Origin: Candidatus Spechtbacterales bacterium
Lineage (GTDB): Bacteria; Patescibacteriota; Minisyncoccia; Spechtbacterales; 2-12-FULL-38-22
Length of the DNA stretch: 64,000 nucleotides
Direction: 5' to 3'
Assembly: GCA_040902285.1 (NCBI GenBank)
Contig: JBBDXP010000007.1
Span: 1,042 to 65,041 of the forward strand
Shown one piece after another: positions 26,532 to 35,908 of this stretch. The notes below the pieces were generated by a model, which worked only from the letters and a program-made list of their open reading frames with translations, was not told the origin of the DNA and did no database searches. Numbering within the stretch: the first letter of the stretch is position 1; each line of letters starts with the position of its first letter. The translations under genes were made by a program, and so were the position numbers.

Positions 26532-27815
26532 TCATACCCGCAATAAACCTTCAAATTCAGCATCGTTTTCATGCGGACCTATGAGCGCTAAGTGTATATT
26601 GCCGTCTTTAAATATGTCTCCGGCAACCTCGACAATGTCTTGAGCATTAATTTCCTTAATCTTTTTTATGTACTCTATCGGGGTTATTATCTTTTTTAAT
26701 AAAATTTCCGATACGCCAAGTTCGTGCGCAACCGCGTGGGAGGCCTCTATTTCCAAAAGCGTTGACCCTTCGATATGGTTTTTGGCTTTTTCAACTTCAG
26801 TTTTTGCAGGAGGGTTTTCCGCTATTTTTTTAAATTCTTCAATTACAACTTTTATGGCCTCCGGCGCTTTTTCGTTTGCAACTCCGGCTCTTGCCAAAAA
26901 ATACCCAAAATCGGTTCCAAGATCGGCTCCGGCGTGTACATAATACGCCAGTCCCCTTCTTTCTCTCACTTCGTGGAAAAGCCGCGAACTCATTCCACCT
27001 CCAAGTATTGTCGCCAGTAAGTCCAGGGCGTATCTTCTTTCGTCGACAAGCCCAAAGGCCTTGGAGCCGACAACAATATGTGTTTGGTCTGTTTTTTTAT
27101 TCTGAATCAATATTTTTTTCCCGTAATTCAAATCTTTTACCGGCGGTTTTTTATACGGTTTTCCTTCAGGAATGTCTCCTATATATTTTTCCGCCATTTT
27201 TCTTGCTTCTTCGTGGGAAATATTTCCCGCGAATACCGCCACTATATTTCCCCCTCCGTACTGCTTTTTAAAATAATCCTTTATGTCTTTGGGCATTATA
27301 TTGGATACGGTTTTTTCTGTTCCTCCTATTTTTGCGCCTGCCTGTTGGTCTCCGTAAAGCACTTCTTTGAAAAGATCCAATACATGCCGTTTCGGCGTAT
27401 CATAATACATTCTTAATTCTTCCAATATTACCCCTCTTTCTCTTTCTATTTCTTCTGTTTTGAAAAGAGGATTTTTCAAAAAATCACTCATTACATCCAA
27501 TGCCACTTCTGTCTTGTCCTTTACCGTCTTTATGTAAAAACCTGTTATTTCATCATCCGTAAAAGCATTGTATTGGGCGCCCAATCCGTCTAATATGGTG
27601 CTTATTTTAAGAGCATTGGGATACTTTTTGGATCCCTTAAAAACAAGGTGCTCTAAAAAATGGGAAACGCCTCCGAGTTCCCTTTTTTCATAATGAGAAC
27701 CGGTACCCACCAATATTAAAGCGGTAACGGCGGCGGTGCTCTCAAGACGCGCGCTTATAACACGCACGCCATTTTTTAAAGTTGAAGTTTTATAATCCAA
27801 TTCCAGACCAGGCAT
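26532..27815 (-). CDS. M16-family zinc peptidase (pitrilysin-like)
   Basis: HFLEHLVFKG is the inverted HxxEH zinc motif. Confidence 0.8.
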   Translation of the reverse strand: MPGLELDYKTSTLKNGVRVISARLESTAAVTALILVGTGSHYEKRELGGVSHFLEHLVFKGSKKYPNALKISTILDGLGAQYNAFTDDEITGFYIKTVKDKTEVALDVMSDFLKNPLFKTEEIERERGVILEELRMYYDTPKRHVLDLFKEVLYGDQQAGAKIGGTEKTVSNIMPKDIKDYFKKQYGGGNIVAVFAGNISHEEARKMAEKYIGDIPEGKPYKKPPVKDLNYGKKILIQNKKTDQTHIVVGSKAFGLVDERRYALDLLATILGGGMSSRLFHEVRERRGLAYYVHAGADLGTDFGYFLARAGVANEKAPEAIKVVIEEFKKIAENPPAKTEVEKAKNHIEGSTLLEIEASHAVAHELGVSEILLKKIITPIEYIKKIKEINAQDIVEVAGDIFKDGNIHLALIGPHENDAEFEGLLRV

Positions 27816-27848
27816 ACATTATTATTATAACATCCTTATTTAATAAAT

Positions 27849-27874
27849 AGCCCCCCGGCTTAAGCTAGGGGGCG
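27849..27874 (-). terminator. GC-rich hairpin terminator of the RNase J-like gene
   Basis: GCCCCCC-GGCTTAAGCT-AGGGGGC, followed on the minus strand by TATTTATT. Confidence 0.4.
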
Positions 27875-27880
27875 TAAAGT

Positions 27881-29242
27881 TCACAACAAGATTACTTCGT
27901 GTTCCTGCACAATGAGAACACTCCTTTGGGGAAACATCTCGGCCACCATAGAGCGGCGATTTCTCCCTGCGTGCACCGGAAGAATCTTTTGAGGATTGTT
28001 CAACTCAACGATCCTCTTGAGATCTTCTCTGTGCCCGTGTCCCGACACATGGAACATGCCGGACACAGCGCGTCCGCCTGCGTGTTCGGCGAGGCGGTGA
28101 GGCGAACCATCCGGCTCGGAAGCCAGATATATAGCGCACCCGGTTCTGGACAGTTTGTTCAACAGAGCTTCCACATCGGGCTCGTTGCCCGGAATGGTGC
28201 TTGCCGAAAATATCACCGCGTCCCTGGGGCCAAGCCGCAGAGGATGAGGCGAAATCTTTTCAAGGCGGTTCAGAACCGCGTTCGGTTCTCCCTGCGAGCC
28301 GGTAACAAATATTACCGCGTCGCGCGGCACGCTGTCATGCCAGGACTTTTTGGGATACCTTTTCAAATCAAGGCCGCTGATTCCCCTGCTACTGTGCATA
28401 TACAGGGAGCGCCCGTTGATGAAAATAGGCCTGTCCGTATGTTCCTCGACCATGCGGGAGATTTCCCACACTCTCTCAACATGCGAAGCGAACAAAGCGA
28501 CCAGAATCCTCTCGTGGTTGCTCTCGCGGATAGCGCGAGCCACCTCAAACGATGCTTCGTAGTCCGGAGGTGAAAACCCGTCCTTATCCGCACCTGTCGA
28601 ATCCAGCAAAAGGACATCCGGAGACCTGACCTCGGGCCTTTGAAGATCCGCTTCAAAGGTTTCAGTCGCGGCGATGAACCCCCGCCACTCGGAGTTCCCC
28701 CACAACTTGCAATCTCCAAGATACACAATGCGCTTGCCGCCGAGTTTAACGGCACAGCCCATGGCGCCCGGAATGGAATGTATAACCGGAAAGAAGAAGA
28801 ATTCGGCATCGCCCACGGTAAGGGTTTCGTACTCCCGGACAATTTCCAGAAAATCCTCAACTCTCTCGTGGACAGGAACCTCTTCCTTCTTCCAGCGCTC
28901 TATTGTCCTTATCACCCTTGCCGAATACTCGGAAACAAGAACTTTTGGCATGCGCTTTAGCGGGAAAGTTCTCTCATAAAACGCTCGGAATTTTCCAAGC
29001 GCTCCAATATGGTCCAAATGGGCATGGGAAATGAATATCGCCGCCACTTCTGTGGCTTTATCAATTATATGAGAAAAATCCGGCACATGTTGAGGACCGA
29101 ACTCTTCATCCCCATCGGGTATCTCCTGCCCGCAGTCAAAAATATATGCCTTTCCATTAAGAATCAAGACCTTGCAGTTCTTGCAGCCAACATCAGATTG
29201 GCCACCCAAAGATATAAACCGGACTTCGTCGGGCATTTTCAC
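27881..29242 (-). CDS. RNase J-like metallo-beta-lactamase/beta-CASP ribonuclease on a GC-rich island (GC island b)
   Basis: VRFISLGGQSDVGCKNCKVLILNGKAYIFDCGQEIPD...HVPDFSHII...AIFISHAHLDHIGALGKF matches the RNase J N-terminus. At 453 aa it lacks the RNase J C-terminal domain. GC is strongly elevated, especially in the 3' half. Confidence 0.7.
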   Translation of the reverse strand: MKMPDEVRFISLGGQSDVGCKNCKVLILNGKAYIFDCGQEIPDGDEEFGPQHVPDFSHIIDKATEVAAIFISHAHLDHIGALGKFRAFYERTFPLKRMPKVLVSEYSARVIRTIERWKKEEVPVHERVEDFLEIVREYETLTVGDAEFFFFPVIHSIPGAMGCAVKLGGKRIVYLGDCKLWGNSEWRGFIAATETFEADLQRPEVRSPDVLLLDSTGADKDGFSPPDYEASFEVARAIRESNHERILVALFASHVERVWEISRMVEEHTDRPIFINGRSLYMHSSRGISGLDLKRYPKKSWHDSVPRDAVIFVTGSQGEPNAVLNRLEKISPHPLRLGPRDAVIFSASTIPGNEPDVEALLNKLSRTGCAIYLASEPDGSPHRLAEHAGGRAVSGMFHVSGHGHREDLKRIVELNNPQKILPVHAGRNRRSMVAEMFPQRSVLIVQEHEVILL

Positions 29243-29436
29243 CCTCCTTTCTTTGCCTTAGGCAAAAGCATTGCATACATCCTTTGTATGCACCGATGGA
29301 CTTTCCTTTTAAGAAATGCCTATCGGCGCATACAAAAAATATTTTAAAAGTACTTAACTTGTGCCAAATTGTACCACATAAAACAAAAATACGCAATATT
29401 ATTGCGTGTTTTTACGAATTTATAAGGGCAACCAAT

Positions 29437-30408
29437 TTAAATGGGAAAACCTCTGTCCCGCAAAAATTCTTTAGGATTAGCAGTGGATGTGTCGGTATTT
29501 TGCGTCAAAATATCAACAAATAGTTCAAAACGCGCCAAAGCATCAGAAGGAATGCTGTTTCTCGGCATTTCCCGCATTTCTCTGTATGTTTTTTTGAATG
29601 GTTCCCAGCCAATTCTGTCTTTTAATTCCAATAAGTGGAATGTCTGCGGGTCTCCATGCCCGCCCGCCAGTTCGGCGGAGCCCTGAATATTTACCGTTTC
29701 CAATTCTCCCGATTCAATCGCTTTACTGCGATAATATTCTTTTATGTGCGGGTGCAGCGAAGAAGAACTATATTTGTTTCCACCCTGCCATACTATCATC
29801 TCTGGTATTACGTCCATTCCATATACCATTTTCCAGTTTGCAGACATTTCGGCATCCCATGTCCAAAAATAACCGTCCTGTCCGTCGCTATGCACGCTGT
29901 CAAAATTGTGCCCTATTTCGTGCAGAATTCCGAAAAGCCAATCCCCATTATTAACCTGATACAAAGCGTTTGGTATTCCATTGGGACTCCACTTTATAGG
30001 ATTTCCTGCGATCGCCCAATATTGAGCGTACTCATCTGTTTCCAGAATAACATTTTTTTCTCCCCCATAAGGGACTCCTCCCACCAAGTCTGATAAAGTT
30101 TCATAATAACGATCCAGTTGTTCCAGCCATTTCCCGCTGTTTAAAAGCATCGCCTGGTGTTCCAAACTCAAATCAAGAATAAAATGCTCACTTTCTGTTG
30201 CATCTTTGGGTATTATTTGTGTGGCGGGTATTTCTTCCGGCTTTTGTTCCCGGGATGCCTGTTCATTGTTTGGATTGGCGGTTTCAAGGCCTTGCGGAAG
30301 CGAGTCCGGCTTATTCAGCCCGCTATATACACCAAAGACGATACCGACAACAAGGGGCACTGCCACCAAAGAAAGAACGCTGATAAGCGCCCACTTTTTA
30401 CTAAACAT
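29437..30408 (-). CDS. secreted/membrane-anchored HExxH zinc metallopeptidase (M60-like?)
   Basis: It has an N-terminal TM/signal segment. ILHEIGHNFDSVHS...DAEMSANW fits a gluzincin pattern (HExxH plus a downstream Glu). Confidence 0.5.
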   Translation of the reverse strand: MFSKKWALISVLSLVAVPLVVGIVFGVYSGLNKPDSLPQGLETANPNNEQASREQKPEEIPATQIIPKDATESEHFILDLSLEHQAMLLNSGKWLEQLDRYYETLSDLVGGVPYGGEKNVILETDEYAQYWAIAGNPIKWSPNGIPNALYQVNNGDWLFGILHEIGHNFDSVHSDGQDGYFWTWDAEMSANWKMVYGMDVIPEMIVWQGGNKYSSSSLHPHIKEYYRSKAIESGELETVNIQGSAELAGGHGDPQTFHLLELKDRIGWEPFKKTYREMREMPRNSIPSDALARFELFVDILTQNTDTSTANPKEFLRDRGFPI

Positions 30409-30545
30409 TTTTGAATTTTTTGCTGCAAGTTCGCTATGACCTGATCCTTGTTCCAGCCATTTTTTATTAGTTCTTGGGCTATCTGCCCATCGGGCACATT
30501 TTGGCTACGCCTATCGTTTATATATTTTTGTAAGTTCGGGTCCAT
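30315..30545 (-). CDS. small ORF overlapping the peptidase start by ~94 nt, either a separate gene or an N-terminal extension joined by a frameshift in an A-run
   Basis: MDPNLQKYINDRRSQNVPDGQIAQELIKNGWNKDQVIANLQQKIQK, then the frame change occurs at CAAAAAATTCAAAAATG. Confidence 0.3.
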   Translation of the reverse strand: MDPNLQKYINDRRSQNVPDGQIAQELIKNGWNKDQVIANLQQKIQKCLVKSGRLSAFFLWWQCPLLSVSSLVYIAG

Positions 30546-30577
30546 GGTTTTTATTTTAGCATGGAAAGAATTATGAT

Positions 30578-31150
30578 TTACTTCTTATTTAAAATTTCTT
30601 CCAATGTTTTATCCGCACTTAATTTGACAGCCCATTTTTTTAAATATTCCATGTCAAGTTTTTCTCCCGAAATATCCAAAACAGATTCAATGTCTTCAGT
30701 GTGACGGGTTGAATGTGATTTCGCATGCCACAACAGTTTTATCAAGATTAAATCCTCAGGAGAAGTAAAATAAACCTTTTGCCCGTTTATATCTTTGGAC
30801 ATTCTTCTTGCCAAGCGAGATTTATCAAAAGGAGTATTTCGGGCGATCCAAAAATCAACCTTCATTCCTGTTTCCCCATCCACAAAATTAAATTCGCCAT
30901 CGTTTCTTATAGCATCTCGCATTGCATCCTCACTAATATATCCATGTTCTCCCAATTCTCTTAACGCTTTTGCCAGCTTATCCACGTCTTTAGAATCCAT
31001 TTCCACGACAGTATCAATATCCGCCGTATATCTTGGCCTCCCCCATACCACTACTGCCAACCCGCCGGTCACCATGTATTTCATATTCAATCTTTCAAAA
31101 ATTTTGGCGATGTCTACCAGGATGTTTCTTGGGTCTGTTGTCTCTTTCAT
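30578..31150 (-). CDS. minimal nucleotidyltransferase-fold protein (Pol-beta superfamily)
   Basis: TGGLAVVVWGRPRYTADIDTVVE is a GG-x14-DxD nucleotidyltransferase motif, followed by a C-terminal helical domain. A 61-aa ORF (31095..31280) overlaps its start. Confidence 0.5.
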   Translation of the reverse strand: MKETTDPRNILVDIAKIFERLNMKYMVTGGLAVVVWGRPRYTADIDTVVEMDSKDVDKLAKALRELGEHGYISEDAMRDAIRNDGEFNFVDGETGMKVDFWIARNTPFDKSRLARRMSKDINGQKVYFTSPEDLILIKLLWHAKSHSTRHTEDIESVLDISGEKLDMEYLKKWAVKLSADKTLEEILNKK

Positions 31151-31303
31151 TTTTATTTAAATTTAATTCATCGGCCAAAAAGCGCATACCAAAGGCAAGC
31201 TCTATTTTTTTGTAAGCAGGCATGTTCATAAATATTTTATCCTGAATTTCTTGCGCTCTTTTTTGATGATATATTTTCATGTTGTTTTCATTTTAACAAA
31301 AAA

Positions 31304-32242
31304 CTATTCAATAAACTTAAATGTGGAGAGAATTTGGTCCATATACGGATAGGTCTGTACCGAATCTGGATATGAAGCATAGCCCCCAAATATCATTTCC
31401 ACCGTTTGATCTCCTGCCGGTATGCGAAATACATAATTAATAATTCCTTGCCCCGCATAAAGACAGACCGGAACTTCTATGCCAGCAACGGTAACCGAGG
31501 CTTGTGACAGAGAAGCAAACTCGCATTCTGAACTAGTTGCATCCAATACTTCAACGCTTAAACGTCCGCCGGGCATGTAAATTTCCAAATTATTAGAATG
31601 TATCTCTTCTGAAGCAGAAATAGATACAACGCCAGAGGAATCCTTCCCACTCCCTAAGGTCCAAAAATCAGGGTATTTAAACTCAAACCTCGCAGATTCG
31701 TCGATAAATATTTCCCAGTCCGAAACATTGGTTGCTCCAGTTTGTGCGTTGGGCTTAAACACGTTAATTGTAGATCTGATTTTGTCATATAAATCATGTG
31801 ATGAATCCCCACTGACAAATTCTAGATACAAAGAATCATAACCCAATTTAAAATATGTTCTTATAAGATCATTATCAGCACCAACCAACGTGTATTCTAT
31901 GACCTCCGTACCATTTATGGTGAATTCTTTTGGTTGGTATCTTTTGAGAAAGCCGTCATCACTTTGTGCTATTGACAATTGTTGTCCGCCAATAATAGAT
32001 AGCGTAATGAGTTTTGTAGACAAAATTATTCCTCTTTCTGGAAATTTCACCTCAAACCCATACTCTTCATTGCGGTACTTCTGCCACCCGGCGAATTCAT
32101 CGTTTTGCTCTTCCTGTTCCTGCGGCGCGACTTTAATCTCATTAAGCAAATAATTTTTAGCAAAAAGCGCGACCAAAAGCGCGCTTGCCGAAATGAGAAG
32201 CAGGGTTGTAAGAACTATTAATACTATTTTGTGCTTTAGCAT
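31304..32242 (-). CDS. secreted hypothetical protein with two internal repeats (PsbP-like?)
   Basis: An N-terminal TM anchor is followed by duplicated W..Y.NEEYGFEVKFP and WEIFIDESARFEFKYP modules. Confidence 0.4.
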   Translation of the reverse strand: MLKHKIVLIVLTTLLLISASALLVALFAKNYLLNEIKVAPQEQEEQNDEFAGWQKYRNEEYGFEVKFPERGIILSTKLITLSIIGGQQLSIAQSDDGFLKRYQPKEFTINGTEVIEYTLVGADNDLIRTYFKLGYDSLYLEFVSGDSSHDLYDKIRSTINVFKPNAQTGATNVSDWEIFIDESARFEFKYPDFWTLGSGKDSSGVVSISASEEIHSNNLEIYMPGGRLSVEVLDATSSECEFASLSQASVTVAGIEVPVCLYAGQGIINYVFRIPAGDQTVEMIFGGYASYPDSVQTYPYMDQILSTFKFIE

Positions 32243-32275
32243 TGCTTTTATCTTAGCACGGTTTAAATACCTAAA

Positions 32276-33661
32276 TTATTTCCCCAAAGATGCAAAGTCC
32301 TCACCTTTGTAAAATTTGCCTAAAGTATCGCTTAGCATTTCGGCTTTAATGCGGATTTGTTCCATGGAGTCCCTGTCGCGAATTGTGACGGTATCGTCTT
32401 TTAAAGTATCGTGGTCAACGGTTATGCAAAGCGGAGTGCCTATTTCATCATGCCTTCTGTACCTTCTGCCTATCGCTCCCCCGTCATCGTATTGCACAAC
32501 ATAATCCGCTCTTAATTCTTCGGCGATTTTTTTTGCTTTTTCAACCAATTTTTCGTCATTGGACAGCAAAGGAAACACCGCTACCTTAACGGGCGACATC
32601 CAGCGCGGAAACTTTGCCACAACCCTTGTGCCATCTTTTACCTTTTCTTCTTGGTAAGATTCGAGCAAAGCCACAAGCAATGTTCTTTCCAGCCCGAAAC
32701 TCGGCTCTATGACATGCGGTATAATTTTTTCGTTTGTTTCAGGATCGGTATAACTCAAATCCTGGCCAGAATGTTCCATATGCTGGCGCAAGTCATAATC
32801 CGTGCGGTACGCAAGGCCGTATAATTCCTTTTTTCCAAAAGGAAAATCGTACTCAATGTCTATCGTGCGCTTGGAATAGTGTGCCAAATCATCTTTCGGT
32901 GTTTCATAATCGTGCACGTGTTTTTTATCTATGCCGCAATGCTGGAGCCATTTATGCATTTCGTCCAGCCAATATTTAAAATGGTCTTCCCATTCATTTT
33001 CGCGGCAAAAATATTCTATTTCCATCTGCTCAAACTCCCTTGTGCGAAAAATAAAATTGCCCGGTGTAATTTCGTTCCTAAATGATTTGCCCACTTGCGC
33101 TATGCCGAACGGCAAACGCACCCTGTTTGTATCAAGTATGTTTTTAAAGTTTACAAACATCGCCTGGGCCGTTTCGGGCCTCAAATACACCGCGTTGTCT
33201 TCATCAGCCACGGGGCCCAAATGCGTTTTAAACATCATATTGAACATTTTGGGCTCCATCAGTTCGTTCCCTTTAGGGCTTTTTAGTTTCATTTCTTTCA
33301 ATTTTGCCGTCATTTGCTCCAAACTCATTCCCCCTACATCGACGCCGGCCTCTTGGAGTAAATGGTCTAAACGATACCGTTCGTGCGTTTTTTTGTCCTC
33401 AACAAGCGGATCATTAAAGTCCTCCAAATGTCCGCTGGCTCCCCATACTTTGCTGTTCATTATTAAAGCCGCGTCAATTCCAAGCATGTCCGCACGCTGG
33501 CGCACAAACACACGCCACCATTCGGCGCGAATGTTGTTTTTTAATTCCGTTCCAAGAGGCCCAAAATCCCAAGAATTGGCAAGCCCGCCATAAATTTCGG
33601 AGCCGGAGTACACAAACCCTCTCCTTTTCGCCCACGATAATACTTTGTCCATTAAATCCAT
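32276..33661 (-). CDS. glyQS: glycyl-tRNA synthetase (alpha2 dimeric type)
   Basis: MDLMDKVLSWAKRRGFVYSGSEIYGGLANSWDFGPLGTELKNNIRAEWW is the class II GlyRS N-terminus. Confidence 0.9.
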   Translation of the reverse strand: MDLMDKVLSWAKRRGFVYSGSEIYGGLANSWDFGPLGTELKNNIRAEWWRVFVRQRADMLGIDAALIMNSKVWGASGHLEDFNDPLVEDKKTHERYRLDHLLQEAGVDVGGMSLEQMTAKLKEMKLKSPKGNELMEPKMFNMMFKTHLGPVADEDNAVYLRPETAQAMFVNFKNILDTNRVRLPFGIAQVGKSFRNEITPGNFIFRTREFEQMEIEYFCRENEWEDHFKYWLDEMHKWLQHCGIDKKHVHDYETPKDDLAHYSKRTIDIEYDFPFGKKELYGLAYRTDYDLRQHMEHSGQDLSYTDPETNEKIIPHVIEPSFGLERTLLVALLESYQEEKVKDGTRVVAKFPRWMSPVKVAVFPLLSNDEKLVEKAKKIAEELRADYVVQYDDGGAIGRRYRRHDEIGTPLCITVDHDTLKDDTVTIRDRDSMEQIRIKAEMLSDTLGKFYKGEDFASLGK

Positions 33662-33670
33662 ACTTATATT

Positions 33671-35320
33671 TTAATTTGATACCGTTGTTTCTCCTATATT
33701 TTGCTCCAGAAAAAGTCCCGTGTATGTGTCTATGCCCGTTAATTTTGTTTGAAGCAAAAGAACTGTATTCGCGCCCTTTGCGTTGGCAGGAGTCGGTTCT
33801 ACGCCTATGCTGAATTCTATTTGCTCGGCGGGGTAAATGTAGCCCAACCCATTTGCGGCCGTGTCCAGAGTCCAAACAACGGTATTTGTTGACGGCACAT
33901 ATCTTATCTCGCCATTGGTGGCGCTGGACTCCCCCATCCACGAAGCGTATGCGGGCAAAGCGGCCTCTATTTTAAGAGACCTTGCCGGATTTATGGTATT
34001 TTTAACGATCCAGCGCACGGTATAGGTTGATAGTGTTCCGGCCTGAGGAGGATGCGGTCCCTGCTGGGAAAACTTCCCTCCCCTATACACATCCTGCTCT
34101 AATTCCAAATCCGTAGATATCTTTAAACTTACAGATTCCCGCGCCTGTAAAACCTTGCCGTCTAAAACAATTGAATCGAAAAAGGTTTCCATAAAAATAT
34201 TCTTATTTTTATCAGATTCGCTTTTGGATATAAGACCCTCTGCAACATTGAACGAAACAAAAACGCCCCCGCTTTCGTCAATATCCACAAATTTAAGATC
34301 AGGCGTGTTTGCGACATTCCATTCAATAACGCTCTCGGCGGCGTTATAATCTCCGTTTGTGTACAAAGTAGAAAAATCTATCAAACCTTTTGGCAAAGAA
34401 GTTTTTATAATCGCATCCTTAACCAGAAATTCGGACTTGTTTATATAAAATATCCCCATTTCAACCCTGGTGCCCGCTTTTATTTCACCGTTAGGTGGAG
34501 ATAATAACCGATGTTCCAAAATAATCGGCACGTCTGTAATTTCAACCGTAGCTTCAGCGGAATTAAGAGGAATAAATCTGACTCCGTTCAGTATGCCGAG
34601 CTGGACTCCGAATACCGGGTTTTCTGTTTTCGGTAAAAGCGTGCCTCTGAATTCTCTTTTTATGGTCTGCCCACTCTTTAAGCTGCCTAATTGCCACACG
34701 GTATCGTAATAAAAATCAGTGCTCCTATATGTTATATTAAACCCCTCGGGAACATTCAGTTTTAAGAATATGGGAGAAATCTCTATATCGGAATTAGCGG
34801 TTAGATTTATGGTTCCTTCGACCTCCTGACCCTTATACACCTTTTTGGGCATATCAAGAGATATGGACGCGTCAAAGCTTCCTATCACCACCTCCAAGGA
34901 AGCCGTCGTGACAAATCTTGCCGAAACGCCTCTTGGAGAATAATCAACGCGAGCATTGATTATTTCCGTGTTTTTTATGCTGGAAGCGGTCAAAGAAAAC
35001 TCAATCGACTGTTCTTGACCCGGGGGCACATTGCCGAACCCCTCATCAAGTGCGTCCCTGCTCCCCGATATTTTAAGCGATTCGGGAACGTCAAACGACA
35101 AGTTTATCTCTTCCAACTCTTCGGGAGAATTATTTTTGACAACAATATGGAATTTTTCCGTTTTGCCGTTTTCTATTTGGGAAGGTCCTTCTATATGCAA
35201 GGACACATTGCGCGTAGAAAAGTCGCCCCTCTCCATCCACACAAAAACAGCCAGACCTAAAAGCGCAAGGAGAGATAGCGGCATTAAATGCCATGCTTTT
35301 AATTTAAATCCTATTTTCAT
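33671..35320 (-). CDS. large secreted/cell-surface hypothetical protein with repeated beta-sandwich (DUF11/CARDB-like) modules
   Basis: An N-terminal signal/TM segment is followed by a repetitive beta-rich composition. No catalytic motif is present. Confidence 0.4.
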   Translation of the reverse strand: MKIGFKLKAWHLMPLSLLALLGLAVFVWMERGDFSTRNVSLHIEGPSQIENGKTEKFHIVVKNNSPEELEEINLSFDVPESLKISGSRDALDEGFGNVPPGQEQSIEFSLTASSIKNTEIINARVDYSPRGVSARFVTTASLEVVIGSFDASISLDMPKKVYKGQEVEGTINLTANSDIEISPIFLKLNVPEGFNITYRSTDFYYDTVWQLGSLKSGQTIKREFRGTLLPKTENPVFGVQLGILNGVRFIPLNSAEATVEITDVPIILEHRLLSPPNGEIKAGTRVEMGIFYINKSEFLVKDAIIKTSLPKGLIDFSTLYTNGDYNAAESVIEWNVANTPDLKFVDIDESGGVFVSFNVAEGLISKSESDKNKNIFMETFFDSIVLDGKVLQARESVSLKISTDLELEQDVYRGGKFSQQGPHPPQAGTLSTYTVRWIVKNTINPARSLKIEAALPAYASWMGESSATNGEIRYVPSTNTVVWTLDTAANGLGYIYPAEQIEFSIGVEPTPANAKGANTVLLLQTKLTGIDTYTGLFLEQNIGETTVSN

Positions 35321-35907
35321 TTTTTATATTCGGGGTACCGTTGTAATCCAAAAAAATTAACAGGGCGCTCAAATTTATCCTGCAACATCTTCTTAATGTA
35401 TATGTCCAGACGAGAAGCGGAACTTATACTGTTCAATTTCAATTTATCCGGTTTTAATCCCATCACCGCCAAAAGTGTAAGTAGCCATGCTTTCTCCATA
35501 CGCCATAAAATTTTCCCTGGGTCGCGGCGCTTTGCGGCGCCGGATGCTTCCTCTAAAACTCTCGTCAAAAGATTCCACAATTTTTCATCCCTTTGACCGT
35601 CCCGCAAAATTGAATCGCATATCCTAAAAAATGAAATAACAAACCCAAGAGCAAAAATATTGCCGGATATTTCACGATATTCCCTTACACTTTTTATACC
35701 AGAAAGTACATACCCTCCGCGAGTGGTAACAAACCCGCAGCGCACAATAGAAGGCGTATGCAAAAAATTGCCCTGCTTTGTTGTAATTTTTTTAGCTGCC
35801 CTGACTTTTAACAAAAGTTTTCCGAAATCTTTCGTATAAATGTTTATCAATTCGTCCGCTTCTCCGCTTTTTCTGGTATTTAAAATTATCGCGTCTGTTT
35901 CGTGCAT
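35317..35907 (-). CDS. recO: DNA repair protein RecO
   Basis: IILNTRKSGEADELINIYTKDFGKLLLKVRAAKK is the RecO OB-fold N-terminus. Confidence 0.8.
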   Translation of the reverse strand: MHETDAIILNTRKSGEADELINIYTKDFGKLLLKVRAAKKITTKQGNFLHTPSIVRCGFVTTRGGYVLSGIKSVREYREISGNIFALGFVISFFRICDSILRDGQRDEKLWNLLTRVLEEASGAAKRRDPGKILWRMEKAWLLTLLAVMGLKPDKLKLNSISSASRLDIYIKKMLQDKFERPVNFFGLQRYPEYKK

Positions 35908-35908
35908 A

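Noticed and set aside
27899-28573. A 224-aa plus-strand ORF, and several other long plus-strand ORFs, within GC-rich regions (e.g. 22748..23029).
   Set aside because: They are antisense shadows of the minus-strand genes. High GC suppresses stop codons. The minus-strand ORFs carry the recognisable motifs (RNase J) and the terminators.
22690-29260. Considered that the GC-rich islands are assembly chimeras or contamination.
   Set aside because: Each island is a single complete ORF. Each has correctly placed start, RBS and terminator signals embedded in native AT-rich intergenic DNA. All three share orientation, terminator style and a GC gradient. Contamination cannot be excluded without reads, so read-level checks are listed in the findings.
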